Notes: a model not told the origin generated them from the letters alone. A stretch of DNA of 63,068 nucleotides, filler included, from an uncultured bacterium (GCA_964371695.1; 36 parts of 36 records of this genome joined end to end with filler, not necessarily neighbours in it); one strand, 5' to 3'. Counted from the first letter of the whole stretch, positions 46,699 to 56,537 are shown. Numbers and translations: made by a program.

Positions 46699-47982
46699 TC
46701 ATTGCCGTTCCTTAATATCCAGCACAAGCCCCAGCAGTTGCCGCCGTAAAAGTTCCAGGGCCGAGCGCACGCTGAGCTGGCGGTTCTGCTCGCGGTCGCC
46801 CCGGAACTGATAACACCGCGCCGCCTCGCCCCAGGGGCCGGAAAGACCAATCCACACCGTCCCCACGGGTTTTTCCTCCGTGCCGCCCCCCGGCCCGGCA
46901 ATGCCCGTGATGGCCAGGGACACGCTTTTTTCCAGCGGCAGGCTGCCCTTGGCGCGCTCGCGGCGCACCCCCGTGGCCATGGCCAGCACCGTGGCCTCGC
47001 TCACCGCACCGTGGTTTTGCAGCAGTTCCTGGGGCACCCCCAAAAACTGCCGCTTGGCGCCGTTGTGATAGGTGATGGCCCCGCCGTCGAACACTTCGCT
47101 GGCCCCCGCCACCGCCGTCAGCCCCGCCCCCAGCAGGCCACCGGTGCAGCTTTCGGCCACCAGCAGGGTGAGGTTTTTCTCTTTCAGCAGTGCAATGACG
47201 GTTTCGGCAATGGAGGGGCCTTCGCTGTAGACCAAAGGACCAAGTTTTTCTTTCACCAGGGTTTTGGCCTGTTCCAGTTCCTGCGCCCGGTTGGGGGCGG
47301 CCAGCAGCACCACGTCGTTTTCGGGGAACGAATGGCGAAAGCCCACCTTCACCTCTGGCGGGAAATCGCCAATTTCAGCAATGCGCCGGTCCAGGCCCGA
47401 TTCCGTGGCGCCAAAGGTGCGCAGCACCACGCGCTGCATGGGCGAGACGGTGGGGAACCACACCGGCAGGCGGGGTTTCACCTGCTCCGCCACCATGCGG
47501 TGAAACTCGCGGGGCACACCGGGCAGACACACAAACCGCACCCCTTCAGACACCACCGAAAAACCCGCCGCCGTGCCGATGGGGTTGGGCAGAATCTCGC
47601 TGCCTTCGGGGAAGTCGGCCTGCTTGGTGTTGTTGTCGTGCAGGGTGAGGCTGCGGGCGGCGTAGAGCCGGGTGAGTTGGGCCAGGGCTTCTTCACTGCG
47701 CACCAGGGGTCTGCCGCAAAACTGCGCCAGGGCGGGCTGGGTGAGGTCATCCACCGTTGGCCCCAGGCCCCCCACCACAAACACCAGTTGGCTGATTTTG
47801 GCGGCCTCGCCAAAGGCCCACAACAGGTCAGGCAGGTCGTCTCCCACCGTGAGGTGGCGCGACACCCCCAGTCCCAGTTCGGTGGCGAGTTGGCTCAGGC
47901 TGCGACTGTGGGTGTCCAGCGTGACGCCGGTGAGCAGTTCGTTGCCCGTGGCGATGATGGTGATGTTGAGTGGCGTGGACAT
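46699..47982 (-). CDS. cinA: Competence/damage-inducible protein CinA (NMN deamidase fusion)
   Basis: GNELLTG, GGLGPTVDDLT, NPIGTAAG, LPGVPRE, AESCTGGL, TGIAGPGGGTEEKPVGTVWI. Confidence 0.95.
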   Translation of the reverse strand: MSTPLNITIIATGNELLTGVTLDTHSRSLSQLATELGLGVSRHLTVGDDLPDLLWAFGEAAKISQLVFVVGGLGPTVDDLTQPALAQFCGRPLVRSEEALAQLTRLYAARSLTLHDNNTKQADFPEGSEILPNPIGTAAGFSVVSEGVRFVCLPGVPREFHRMVAEQVKPRLPVWFPTVSPMQRVVLRTFGATESGLDRRIAEIGDFPPEVKVGFRHSFPENDVVLLAAPNRAQELEQAKTLVKEKLGPLVYSEGPSIAETVIALLKEKNLTLLVAESCTGGLLGAGLTAVAGASEVFDGGAITYHNGAKRQFLGVPQELLQNHGAVSEATVLAMATGVRRERAKGSLPLEKSVSLAITGIAGPGGGTEEKPVGTVWIGLSGPWGEAARCYQFRGDREQNRQLSVRSALELLRRQLLGLVLDIKERQ

Positions 47983-48320
47983 GGAAAGAGCGCTATGCAG
48001 GTGGGTGCAGATTGTTTTTGTTCTTCCAAGAATGTCGCCCCCCGCCCCCTCTCCCCTTTAATGGGGAGAGGGTTGGGGTGAGGGGTTTATTCAAAGACAA
48101 AAAACCACTGTTTTTTTTGATTTTTTGCTTATGTTTTGCCCCTCACCCGGTCCTACGGACCACCCTCTCCCCAGAGGGGAGAGGGAACGATGTTGGGTNN
48201 NNNNNNNNNNNNNNNNNNNNNNNNNNNNNNNNNNNNNNNNNNTTAATTAATTAANNNNNNNNNNNNNNNNNNNNNNNNNNNNNNNNNNNNNNNNNNNNTC
48301 ACGCTGTTCAGTCACGGGCT

Positions 48321-48390
48321 GCCCTCTCCCTGAGGGAGAGGGCAAGGTCTGGCACCGCCATCTGTCTACGTCAAAAATGAACTTGCTCTA
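48321..48390 (-). repeat. Repeat family C copy
   Basis: GCCCTCTCCCTGAGGGAGAGGGC...GTCTACGTCAAAAATGAACTTGCTCTA. Confidence 0.8.
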
Positions 48391-48403
48391 GTCCGAGTCG
48401 TCT

Positions 48404-49252
48404 CTACGCCGCTTCGCTGAGCGCGGCGGCCCGCTCCAGCACTTCGTTGATGATCCACTGGGGTGTGCTGGCCCCTGCGGTCACGCCCAGCACGTTCACG
48501 CCCCGCAGCCATTCGGGGTCGAGTTCCCCAGCGTTCTCCAGCAGATAGACCCGTGGGCAGTGCCGCCCCGCCACCGCCGCCAGTTGTTTGGTGTTGGAGC
48601 TGTTCGGCCCGCCGATCACCAGCACAGCGTCCACCTCGCGGGCCAGTTCGTCCACGGCCTCTTGCCGCTCTACGGTGGCGTAACAGATGGTGTTGCGCAC
48701 CACGGCGTCGGGGTGGTGGGCCAGCAGATATTGACCCGCCTCTTCAAATTTCGCCACACCGGCGGTGGTCTGGCTCAGCAGGGCCACGGGGGTGTTTTGC
48801 AGTTCCGCCGCCACGGCCTTCAGTTCGTCCAGCGAATACACCACCCGGTGGTCGTGGGTGTAGCTGATGACTCCCTTGATTTCGGGGTGGTTGGGGTTGC
48901 CAAAAAGAATCACCGTGCGCCCGGCCTGGCTCTCTTTTTGCGCGGCCCGCTGCACCTTGGTGACAAGCGGGCAGGTGGCGTCCACCACGCGGAACTTCTC
49001 CCGCAGGGTTTTCATCTCCTGCTTGGGCAAGCCGTGGGCACGCACCAGCACCGTCTGGCCCGGCGAGAGTTCTTCCACACTGGGCACGGGGCTTACCCCC
49101 AGGCTTTTCAGGCGGTTCACCTCCATGGGGTTGTGAATCAGCTCCCCCAGTGTGTGGACGGCATCCTGCCGGGTGGATTCACGTTCGCCTTTTTCAATGG
49201 CTTTTTCCACCCCTTCGCAGAATCCGAACACCTGGGCCAGTCTGATTTCCAT
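48404..49252 (-). CDS. ispH: 4-hydroxy-3-methylbut-2-enyl diphosphate reductase
   Basis: GFCEGV, IHN, RAHG, DATCPLV, HPEI, SQTT, TICYATVERQ, SSNT, TAGASTP. Confidence 0.97.
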   Translation of the reverse strand: MEIRLAQVFGFCEGVEKAIEKGERESTRQDAVHTLGELIHNPMEVNRLKSLGVSPVPSVEELSPGQTVLVRAHGLPKQEMKTLREKFRVVDATCPLVTKVQRAAQKESQAGRTVILFGNPNHPEIKGVISYTHDHRVVYSLDELKAVAAELQNTPVALLSQTTAGVAKFEEAGQYLLAHHPDAVVRNTICYATVERQEAVDELAREVDAVLVIGGPNSSNTKQLAAVAGRHCPRVYLLENAGELDPEWLRGVNVLGVTAGASTPQWIINEVLERAAALSEAA

Positions 49253-49271
49253 GGGGGTGAAGCTCCTTAGA

Positions 49272-49880
49272 TCAGGGGTTTTTCTGAAGCAGGGCCGTGA
49301 GGCGGGCCTGGCTGCCCAGCAAGGTCACTTCAGACCTTGTTTTTTCGATGATAGAGCGCATCTGGTCTTGCTTGGAACGAATGGGCAAAATTGCATCGGG
49401 GTGGTCAAACACGCTCACCACCTGCCACAGGGCGTCCATCACCGTCAGCCAGCGGGCCTGCTCGGCGGCCTGTGTCAGGGGGTCCAGGCGCATCAGCGTG
49501 CGGCGCACCTCGCCAATGACATCCGACAACCCCAGCAGCCAGGGGGCGGGGGAAAGGTTCAGGTCTTCGGGCGTGGGCAGGGGATTGTCCAACAGCAGCG
49601 CCAGCAGCAGGGCCGCCTCGGCGTATTCCTGCAACTGGTCGCGCACAAACCGGAACTGCAACTCGCGGCACGTCAGGTCCGCCGCTTTGGCCAGCAACGG
49701 GGCCAGCAGGGCCTGGGCCTCGGCGATTTTGCCCTGATGGGCCAGGCGAATGGCGGTGGTGGAATCCCGCCTCAGTTCACGCCCCAGCTTCATGGCGGCT
49801 TCGCGCTGGGCGTCTTCTTCGTCCAGCGTGCTTTTCAACCGGTCCCGCAGGTCGTTCAGGGCCCCCTGGGTGGTGAGCAG
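49272..49880 (-). CDS. Translin/Trax (C3PO)-family protein (5' truncated)
   Basis: LDEEDAQREAAMKLGRELRRDSTTAIRLAH, QEYAEA, LLGLSDVIGEVRR, RSKQD. Confidence 0.82.
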   Translation of the reverse strand: MLTTQGALNDLRDRLKSTLDEEDAQREAAMKLGRELRRDSTTAIRLAHQGKIAEAQALLAPLLAKAADLTCRELQFRFVRDQLQEYAEAALLLALLLDNPLPTPEDLNLSPAPWLLGLSDVIGEVRRTLMRLDPLTQAAEQARWLTVMDALWQVVSVFDHPDAILPIRSKQDQMRSIIEKTRSEVTLLGSQARLTALLQKNP

Positions 49881-49980
49881 NNNNNNNNNNNNNNNNNNNN
49901 NNNNNNNNNNNNNNNNNNNNNNNNTTAATTAATTAANNNNNNNNNNNNNNNNNNNNNNNNNNNNNNNNNNNNNNNNNNNN

Positions 49981-50193
49981 GTCCAGCTCTTTGAGCAGCG
50001 CCTTCACCGTGGGCAGGTCGGGTAGTTTGTCGGCGCCGGGGGTTTCTTCGGTGAAGGTTTCCTCCAGAAAGTTGCGCAGGCCCGGCAGCACCAGCAACAC
50101 CGTCACCTTGCCCCCCATGGCCCCCACCGACAGCGCCATGCTCAGGCCATGAATCAGTCTGGCCCGCTCCGACGCACTGAGGACGAGAATCAT
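49981..50193 (-). CDS. DsrE-like small protein (3' truncated)
   Basis: LSMALSVGAMGGKVTVLL...GL pattern. Confidence 0.5.
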
Positions 50194-50318
50194 GGGGGGA
50201 TTGTAACCAGAGAGCTGTCCTTTTTGATGAACTGGAGGATTGATGCCTGAAACAGGCGGAGCGCGCCCATGGTGGCTGATTTTTAAGAAGAAACCGAGGT
50301 TTTATCTGTTTTGCATGA

Positions 50319-50441
50319 GTAGGCGCGACGCCCCCGTCACGCCACAACAACCTTGGAGTAGGCGCGGTGTCCCCACCGCGCAACAACAATTTCAAAATCA
50401 GGGGTTTTTGCCATTCGCGGCGACGGGGGCGTCGCCGCTAC
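50319..50441. repeat. Cluster of three GTAG-type REP hairpins
   Basis: GTAGGCGCGACGCCCCCGTC, GTAGGCGCGGTGTCCCCACCGCG, and inverted GACGGGGGCGTCGCCGCTAC. Confidence 0.7.
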
Positions 50442-50579
50442 TCCGGGAAAGCGTGATGCCGCTTCCAGCAGTGCCTGCCAGTCACCTAATATAAGGAGGC
50501 GGGAACATGGTGTTAATCCGGCATTAACATTCAGGCGGCCTTGACAAGCCCAATGGTGGGGTTTTTACTGGCCCTGATC

Positions 50580-51275
50580 ATGCCCCGTTTCAGGACCATC
50601 GTCTCGGCTTTCGCCGCTCTGGTGTTGATTCCCGTGAGCGGCCCTGGCCGGGCCGCCACCGTTCCCACACTGGAAGTGACCATGGTGGATGAGCTGGATA
50701 ATAAAGTGGAAGGTTTCCTGGCGAGCGTGGAGTTAAAAGACAAGCGCTTCGGCACCGGCGTGACGCGCACCGCTGCCCTGCTGGATGGTCCGGCCAAAGA
50801 CCGTCAGCCGGGCGACGGCAAAAAAGATGGCGTCATCCTGTTTGAAAAAGGTCCCTGGGCCAAAATGGCGGCGGTGGGGGCTTCGGCCAAGCTGTTTGTC
50901 ATCGCCCCCGGATTTTGGGGGTCGGAACAGGTCATGAAATTGACGGCAGGGGCAGGTGCCGCCCACCTCACGGCCCGTTATCCGTTGGTGGTGAGGGCCG
51001 AAAAGGGCCTTTCCCCCGGTTTTTCCCTGTGGCTGAACGACACCCAGACCGCCACCGATGGCGGCCCCGGCGATGGCGACGGAAAAAAGGACAGCGTGAT
51101 CCATGCCAGTGTGCCCCATGAGTGGGTGATCAAAAGCGGCATGGTGGAGGCCCGCGCCACTGGCCCGGCGGGCGGAGAAATCGCCCGCACCCGGTTTGGC
51201 CGCAATGATACCGGCTGGGACTGGACATTAACAAAAAGCGGTGGCAGACTTGCCCCGCGCTCTTTCCCAAAATGA
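50580..51275 (+). CDS. Secreted hypothetical protein with an internal duplication
   Basis: Signal peptide; two 'DGxxxD..GDGKKDxVI' motifs. Confidence 0.6.
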   Translation: MPRFRTIVSAFAALVLIPVSGPGRAATVPTLEVTMVDELDNKVEGFLASVELKDKRFGTGVTRTAALLDGPAKDRQPGDGKKDGVILFEKGPWAKMAAVGASAKLFVIAPGFWGSEQVMKLTAGAGAAHLTARYPLVVRAEKGLSPGFSLWLNDTQTATDGGPGDGDGKKDSVIHASVPHEWVIKSGMVEARATGPAGGEIARTRFGRNDTGWDWTLTKSGGRLAPRSFPK

Positions 51276-51309
51276 CCTCTATGACTCGCAAGAAGCAGGT
51301 GCTCCATTT

Positions 51310-51558
51310 ATGAACACACGACGACTTCATGGCGTTCTCCCCTCCATGCTGCTGCTGGGCCTGTTGCTGGCCGCTGTTCCCCGAACAGCGCTGGCGACGT
51401 GCAGTCAGGGTGTGGGTGGCATCAAGGTGACGGTGACCAATGCGGGCGGATTCGCCGTGCAGAACGCCAGCGTCAAGTTTTCGTTTCAGGACCCCAACAA
51501 CCCCGGCAACTTTTTCAGCACCAGCAAAACCAGCGACGCAGACGGCGAAGCCTGCATC
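51310..51558 (+). CDS. Secreted protein with carboxypeptidase-regulatory-like domain (3' truncated)
   Basis: Signal peptide ALA; IKVTVTNAGGFAVQNASV...TSDADG. Confidence 0.6.
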
Positions 51559-51658
51559 NNNNNNNNNNNNNNNNNNNNNNNNNNNNNNNNNNNNNNNNNN
51601 NNTTAATTAATTAANNNNNNNNNNNNNNNNNNNNNNNNNNNNNNNNNNNNNNNNNNNN

Positions 51659-51740
51659 CCGGCAGCATCAATATGCTGCCGCTTTCCCAAAAGACCTCCC
51701 GCGCCCATTACCCCAACCCTCTCCCCCCTTGGGGAGAGGG
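51659..51740. repeat. Repeat family E (GGCAGCATCAATATGCT...CCCTCTCCC..GGGAGAGGG)
   Basis: Closely similar copy at 55417-55509. Confidence 0.75.
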
Positions 51741-51870
51741 GGTTAAGGCGGCGGCCGCCCGCCAAATAGTTGACCCCTCGGTTGTCTTTCTTTCCCATTT
51801 CCGTCCCAGGTGTTAAATTTCATTCGTCTTTTCCCTTGACAGGCCCCGGTTTTTATTAAAACTTAATGTT

Positions 51871-51919
51871 TGTGAAAAGAGTCACTTGTTTTGTGATGGT
51901 CTTCACACCCGTTTTGTGA
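51871..51919. promoter_or_regulatory. Tandem CRP-family binding sites
   Basis: TGTGA-AAAGAG-TCACT (51871-51886), TGTGA-TGGTCT-TCACA (51892-51907, full consensus), half-site TGTGA at 51915. Confidence 0.7.
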
Positions 51920-51990
51920 CACAGCTTCTTTTTCAAATCCACACAAAGAACAGTCCACATACAGACCGATAACCCAAAGGTAAAGGAGCC

Positions 51991-53139
51991 ATGTCCACCC
52001 TCACCCCTCCCCCTTCTGAAAGCGCTCTGCTGCAGAACATGAAACAACTGCAACAGGAGAACCGTCAGTTGCGCCTGCTGTTGCACCTTTCGCAGGAGCT
52101 GGGTCTGGCCATGGATATGAGCGCCCTGGTGGATAAAACCCTGTCGCTGTGCAAGTTGCAGTTGGGGTTTGACGCAGCCAACCTGCGGATTCTGGAAGGC
52201 GACCAGTTGGTGACCCGTGGGGCCTATGGCGGCAATGCCATTTTTCGGCAGTCTCTGGCGGTGGGCGATGGCCTGCCCGGCCAGGCCGCCGCACAGGGTC
52301 AACCCCTGGTGGTGAATGACCTGTCCCGCAAAACCACCCCATCTGCCGGCCTGGGCGAGGGCAAAAGCCTGCTGGCCGTGCCGCTGACCGACGAAGGCGA
52401 ACTGCTGGGGCTGCTCACCGCCCAGAACAAGGCCAAAGGGGCCTTTGACGCCAGCCACATGGAAATCACCACCGCCTTTGCTGCACAGTTGGCGGCGCGG
52501 CTCAAAATCCTCACCCTCAACCAGAAAATGGCCCGCTTGGCCATGACCGACCAGCTCACCGGCCTGCCCAACTATCCCCACTTTCTGCACCGGCTCGAAG
52601 AAGAAATCAGCCGCAGCGAGCGTTATGGTCAGGCGCTGACACTGGTGCTGATGGACCTGGACGACTTCAAGCAGGTCAACGACCGTTACGGCCACCTGTG
52701 CGGCAACTTTCTGCTGGAGTTCATGGGGCGGTTTCTGGAAGAAAAAGTGCGCAAGAGCGACATCGCGGCGCGTTTTGGCGGCGAGGAGTTCTGCATGTTG
52801 CTGCCCCACACCACCCCCCAGCAGGGGGCGCTGGTGGCCGAAAAACTGCGCATCGCGCTCAACAAGGTGCGTCTGGATTATCTGCCCCACGTGGGCGAGC
52901 CGGTGATGGACCTGCGCCTGAGCGCCACCTTTGGTGTGAGCGGCGTGTTGTTTGATCGCTCACGGCCACAGGGGTATCCGCGCACCGTCACACCCGTTTC
53001 GCTCATCTGTCAGGCCGACGAAGCCCTTTATCAGGGCAAGGCCCAGGGCAAAAACCAGGTGGTCACCTACACCCCCGCCATGACCAAAAACAGGTCCGCC
53101 AAAGTGTTGTCGTCTCCGGGTTTTTCACCGGGGCGATAA
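51991..53139 (+). CDS. GAF-GGDEF diguanylate cyclase
   Basis: GAF domain; TDQLTGL, DLDDFKQVNDRYGH, RKSD I-site, RFGGEEF, ADEALYQGKAQGKNQV. Confidence 0.95.
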   Translation: MSTLTPPPSESALLQNMKQLQQENRQLRLLLHLSQELGLAMDMSALVDKTLSLCKLQLGFDAANLRILEGDQLVTRGAYGGNAIFRQSLAVGDGLPGQAAAQGQPLVVNDLSRKTTPSAGLGEGKSLLAVPLTDEGELLGLLTAQNKAKGAFDASHMEITTAFAAQLAARLKILTLNQKMARLAMTDQLTGLPNYPHFLHRLEEEISRSERYGQALTLVLMDLDDFKQVNDRYGHLCGNFLLEFMGRFLEEKVRKSDIAARFGGEEFCMLLPHTTPQQGALVAEKLRIALNKVRLDYLPHVGEPVMDLRLSATFGVSGVLFDRSRPQGYPRTVTPVSLICQADEALYQGKAQGKNQVVTYTPAMTKNRSAKVLSSPGFSPGR

Positions 53140-53422
53140 ACTGACCGGGGGTTTTTAACGTAGCCCCGGCGTGCTGTCGCCTTCTCGCGGCTGGGTGCCC
53201 CAATGGGCACCCAGAAAGACTCCGCTCGAACNNNNNNNNNNNNNNNNNNNNNNNNNNNNNNNNNNNNNNNNNNNNTTAATTAATTAANNNNNNNNNNNNN
53301 NNNNNNNNNNNNNNNNNNNNNNNNNNNNNNNCGCTGCGCTACGGCAGAAACCACCCTCTCCCCGTAAAGGGGAGAGGGGAATAAGGTGGTTTTTTTTCAC
53401 AGGCAGGATGCCTGTGCTACTG

Positions 53423-53442
53423 ATTCCCGCTTTCGCGGGAAT
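53423..53442. repeat. dRS3-like palindrome ATTCCC-N8-GGGAAT (family F)
   Basis: Other copies at 58296-58323 and 62917-62944; variants CTGGACTGCCGCTT..GGGAATGACG at 10982, 43261 and 59651 (reverse). Confidence 0.8.
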
Positions 53443-53494
53443 GACGCCACTTGTGGGGAATGACAAGCCCCAGCGGGGAAGAGGGGGAAAAACC

Positions 53495-54265
53495 CTACGC
53501 CGCCAAGCCGCTGAGGCTCAGTTCGCCCAGCAGGTTGTCGGACTGCTCGGCCCTGGCGGACTGCACCGGCGGCAACTGGCCTTGCAGCAGGCGTTGCAGC
53601 ACACGGGCCGGCGTGGTGGTATCGGCGCTCACAGCCGGTTCGGCTTCTGCCGCCGGGGTCTCATCCACAACAGGGGCCGGTGCATCGGGCAGATTCACAC
53701 GCCCCAGCAAAAGAGCCGCCTGACTGTTTTTCACAAAAGCCACCAAGCCGGTGGTGAGCACCGAGTCGCCACTCACACCGGGGGCCTCAGCCCCCAGGCG
53801 GTTGAGCGCGTCAGACTGCAACAGGCGGCGAATGTGCCGCTCCAGCGTGTCTTCCAGCCGTTGCATGTCCCGCACCAGTTCATGGGCTTCCTGCTCTGAA
53901 ACAGCCTCGCCTTTGGCGGCCAATTCGGCCTTCAGGCGCTGAATGTCGGCATTCAGCCGCTGGCGCTGGGCGCTGGCAGCCACCAGGGCGCGCTGATAAT
54001 TGGGCGCAGCCTCGGCAGCGAGGTCTTCCAGCGGGTCCGCCGCAGGGCGTGCTTCAGGGGCCTTGACAGACACGCCCTGCTGGACCGGCTGTTGCGACTC
54101 AACGGCTTCAGAGGCCGGGGCCTGAACCTCTTGCACTGCCTGGGCCGTGGCGGCGCGGGGGGCCTCCCGCTGAATCCGCTCCTGGTTTTCCCGTGCAGAG
54201 CTGGTGCGCCCGGCGGTGAGTTTCGCCAGGAGCTGCCACACATTTGCTGATTGAATCGCTTCCAT
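53495..54265 (-). CDS. Hypothetical Ala/Gln/Glu-rich coiled-coil protein
   Basis: 256-aa complete ORF with host-like codon usage, preceded by a sigma-28-like promoter. Confidence 0.65.
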   Translation of the reverse strand: MEAIQSANVWQLLAKLTAGRTSSARENQERIQREAPRAATAQAVQEVQAPASEAVESQQPVQQGVSVKAPEARPAADPLEDLAAEAAPNYQRALVAASAQRQRLNADIQRLKAELAAKGEAVSEQEAHELVRDMQRLEDTLERHIRRLLQSDALNRLGAEAPGVSGDSVLTTGLVAFVKNSQAALLLGRVNLPDAPAPVVDETPAAEAEPAVSADTTTPARVLQRLLQGQLPPVQSARAEQSDNLLGELSLSGLAA

Positions 54266-54275
54266 TACATTCCGG

Positions 54276-54302
54276 TTATCGGATGGGGCGATTTTTTCTT
54301 GA
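54276..54302 (-). promoter_or_regulatory. Sigma-28 promoter
   Basis: Minus strand TCAA-N15-TCCGATAA versus consensus TAAA-N15-GCCGATAA, ending 10 nt before the ATG. Confidence 0.6.
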
Positions 54303-54346
54303 GCAGATTCACCGACACCCGGAACAAACGTTTAACGGTGGCCGTT

Positions 54347-54895
54347 TTACCGCCTTTTCAGTAGGCGGGCGGTCTCTTTTTTGCTCTTTTCCACACCCGG
54401 CTGATCAAAAGCGTTGATTTTCATTTTTTCGGCCAGGGCGGGCACCAGCACCATCCACACGCCAAAGAAATAACCCATGGACTCTTCGCTCAGGCGGTTC
54501 AAAGACCACAGGCTCACCGGCACGCCATCCTGCGCCAGAGCCTGGGCGGTGGCCCTGGCCTGGGCCGTTTGCACACCGTGCAGGCTGTGGCCGGTCAACA
54601 GCGGCGGAAACTCCGGCCAGTCCCTGAGCGCCGAAACGGCGGGGTCTTCCGCCAACGGTTTTTCCACCGTGAGCACCATCACCTGTTTGTCGCGGGGGCC
54701 ATCCTGAATCAGTTGCAGATAACTGTGCTGGTCGCGGCTGCCCAGCGCCCGCACCGGCGTCAGCCCCACCCGGCGGTTGCCTTTGTGTTTACCCAGAGAC
54801 TCGCTCACCAGTTGCACCACCCATTCCCCCATATCTTCCAGCGGGTCGTGATAGGGCATGAACACCAGCGTTTTTTTGCCCGCTTGGGCATGGCC
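54347..54895 (-). CDS. pgi: Glucose-6-phosphate isomerase, C-terminal part
   Basis: WVVQLVSESLGK, GSRDQHSYLQLIQDGP, INAFDQPGVEKSK. Confidence 0.93.
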   Translation of the reverse strand, partial: GHAQAGKKTLVFMPYHDPLEDMGEWVVQLVSESLGKHKGNRRVGLTPVRALGSRDQHSYLQLIQDGPRDKQVMVLTVEKPLAEDPAVSALRDWPEFPPLLTGHSLHGVQTAQARATAQALAQDGVPVSLWSLNRLSEESMGYFFGVWMVLVPALAEKMKINAFDQPGVEKSKKETARLLKRR

Positions 54896-54995
54896 NNNNN
54901 NNNNNNNNNNNNNNNNNNNNNNNNNNNNNNNNNNNNNNNTTAATTAATTAANNNNNNNNNNNNNNNNNNNNNNNNNNNNNNNNNNNNNNNNNNNN

Positions 54996-55349
54996 CCCCT
55001 GACCACAGCCCAGCTCCAGCACGCGCCCGCCCTTCACAAACCGCCCCAGTTGCCGCGCTGCCAACTGATCATTGGCGCTGCGCCAATGCCATTCGCCCAG
55101 ATAACCCGTGTTGTCGTTGGTGTGAATGAGCGCCGTGAGATCGGCCTCTCTGGGCCTGGGGTTGACAAACCACAGGCCGCATTGATTACACCGCACATAG
55201 GGGCCGTGCAGGTGATCGGCATAAAACTGCGTGAAGGCCTCGGCGCGGCACCAGTTTTCGTCGCTGGCGACATAAAGCGGCGTGGCGTTGGTGCTTCCGC
55301 AGCCGGGGCAGGGCACGGGCGACGAGGAGAGAGAGTTGTTCAGCGGCAA
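54996..55349 (-). CDS. Class I SAM-dependent methyltransferase with N-terminal Zn ribbon (3' truncated)
   Basis: CPGC...RCNQCGLWFVNPRP...RVLELGCGQG. Confidence 0.85.
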
Positions 55350-55544
55350 ACACCTCCCTTTTGTCTGGATTTTTTGTTTATGTTTTGCCCCGGCACTATC
55401 GTGCCGCTGGGCGCGCCCGGCAGCATCAATATGCTACCGCACTCCCAAAAGACCATCCCGCGCCCATTACCCGGTCCTGCGGACCACCCTCTCCCCAGCG
55501 GGGAGAGGGCACGATGGTTCATTTATTTAAACTCGCAAAAAATG

Positions 55545-56537
55545 TCATAACGGCACGGGCTGAATGACCGCCCCCAGGCTCGCCAGCGTGGACACGAGGG
55601 CTTTTTCCCGGTCGGGCGGAATGACGCCCAGGCGGTCCATCGCCAGCAGCACCGCGCCTGCCTCGGGGGGGAAATCCGCCGGTGTGATCTGGCAGGTCAT
55701 GGGCAGGCTGTGGAGCGCCTCCATGAAGGGTTCCATCAGCGGCGGCCCCAGGCGAAAGGCCCCGCCCATCAGGCACACCCTCACCGGCGAGGGCATGACA
55801 AGCCCCCGCGCCACCGCCAGCACCAGGGCGGCGAGGTCCACCGCCGCCTGCTCCAGCACCATCATGGCGGGCATGTCCCCCTCGCCAGCGGCCTGGGCCA
55901 CGGCGGGGGCCAACGCGGCAATGGCATGCCGGGGCACGGTGTGCTCCATGGTTTTTTTCAGCAGGGCCTCCACCGAAACCTCACCGGCGGACTGGGCCAT
56001 TTTTTCGCCAAGAGTCGTCGGCTGCCCCCGGCCATCCAGCGCCTTGACCACTTTTTTGAGACCCGAAAGGGCGATGGCATAGGCGCTGCCTTCGTCGCCC
56101 AGCAGGTCGCCCCAGCCGCCGGTGCGCCGCTCGTGGCCCCCATGGCGGCCATAGGCGATGGAGCCGGTGCCCGCGTTGAGCATCACCCCCGTCTGACCGT
56201 GGGCGAACGCCGCCCGGTGGCTGGCCTGCACGTCGTTCTGTATCACCACGGGGCGCGGCAGACCCAGGCGGTGCAGCAGGTGGGCGTAACGCTCCTGGTC
56301 GCCCGGCAGGTCCACCCCCGCTGCGCCCCAGGCCGCCGAGGCAATGTGCTCTGGCCCCGCGCCGGTGTCCGAGAAAAGCTCCTCCAGCCCCAGCGTGAGC
56401 GAGGCCAGGGCCTGGTCTTCGGACACATCGTGCAGGTTGGTGCCCTCCTGCACACTCACGGCCCCCGTCTGGCCGTCCTCGCGGATCAACCAAAGGCGGG
56501 TTTTGGTGCCGCCGCCGTCTATGCCCAGCACCCAGGC
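55545..56537 (-). CDS. N-acetylglucosamine kinase-like, BadF/BadG/BcrA/BcrD ATPase family (5' truncated)
   Basis: LGIDGGGTKT, ND, AGTGSI, RTGGWGDLLGDEGSAY. Confidence 0.9.
   Translation of the reverse strand, partial: AWVLGIDGGGTKTRLWLIREDGQTGAVSVQEGTNLHDVSEDQALASLTLGLEELFSDTGAGPEHIASAAWGAAGVDLPGDQERYAHLLHRLGLPRPVVIQNDVQASHRAAFAHGQTGVMLNAGTGSIAYGRHGGHERRTGGWGDLLGDEGSAYAIALSGLKKVVKALDGRGQPTTLGEKMAQSAGEVSVEALLKKTMEHTVPRHAIAALAPAVAQAAGEGDMPAMMVLEQAAVDLAALVLAVARGLVMPSPVRVCLMGGAFRLGPPLMEPFMEALHSLPMTCQITPADFPPEAGAVLLAMDRLGVIPPDREKALVSTLASLGAVIQPVPL

Noticed and set aside
50319-50441. Short GAGTAGGCGCG...ACAACAA direct repeats resembling a mini-CRISPR
   Set aside because: Only two direct units plus one inverted unit, imperfect, with no cas genes; better explained as GTAG-type REPs.
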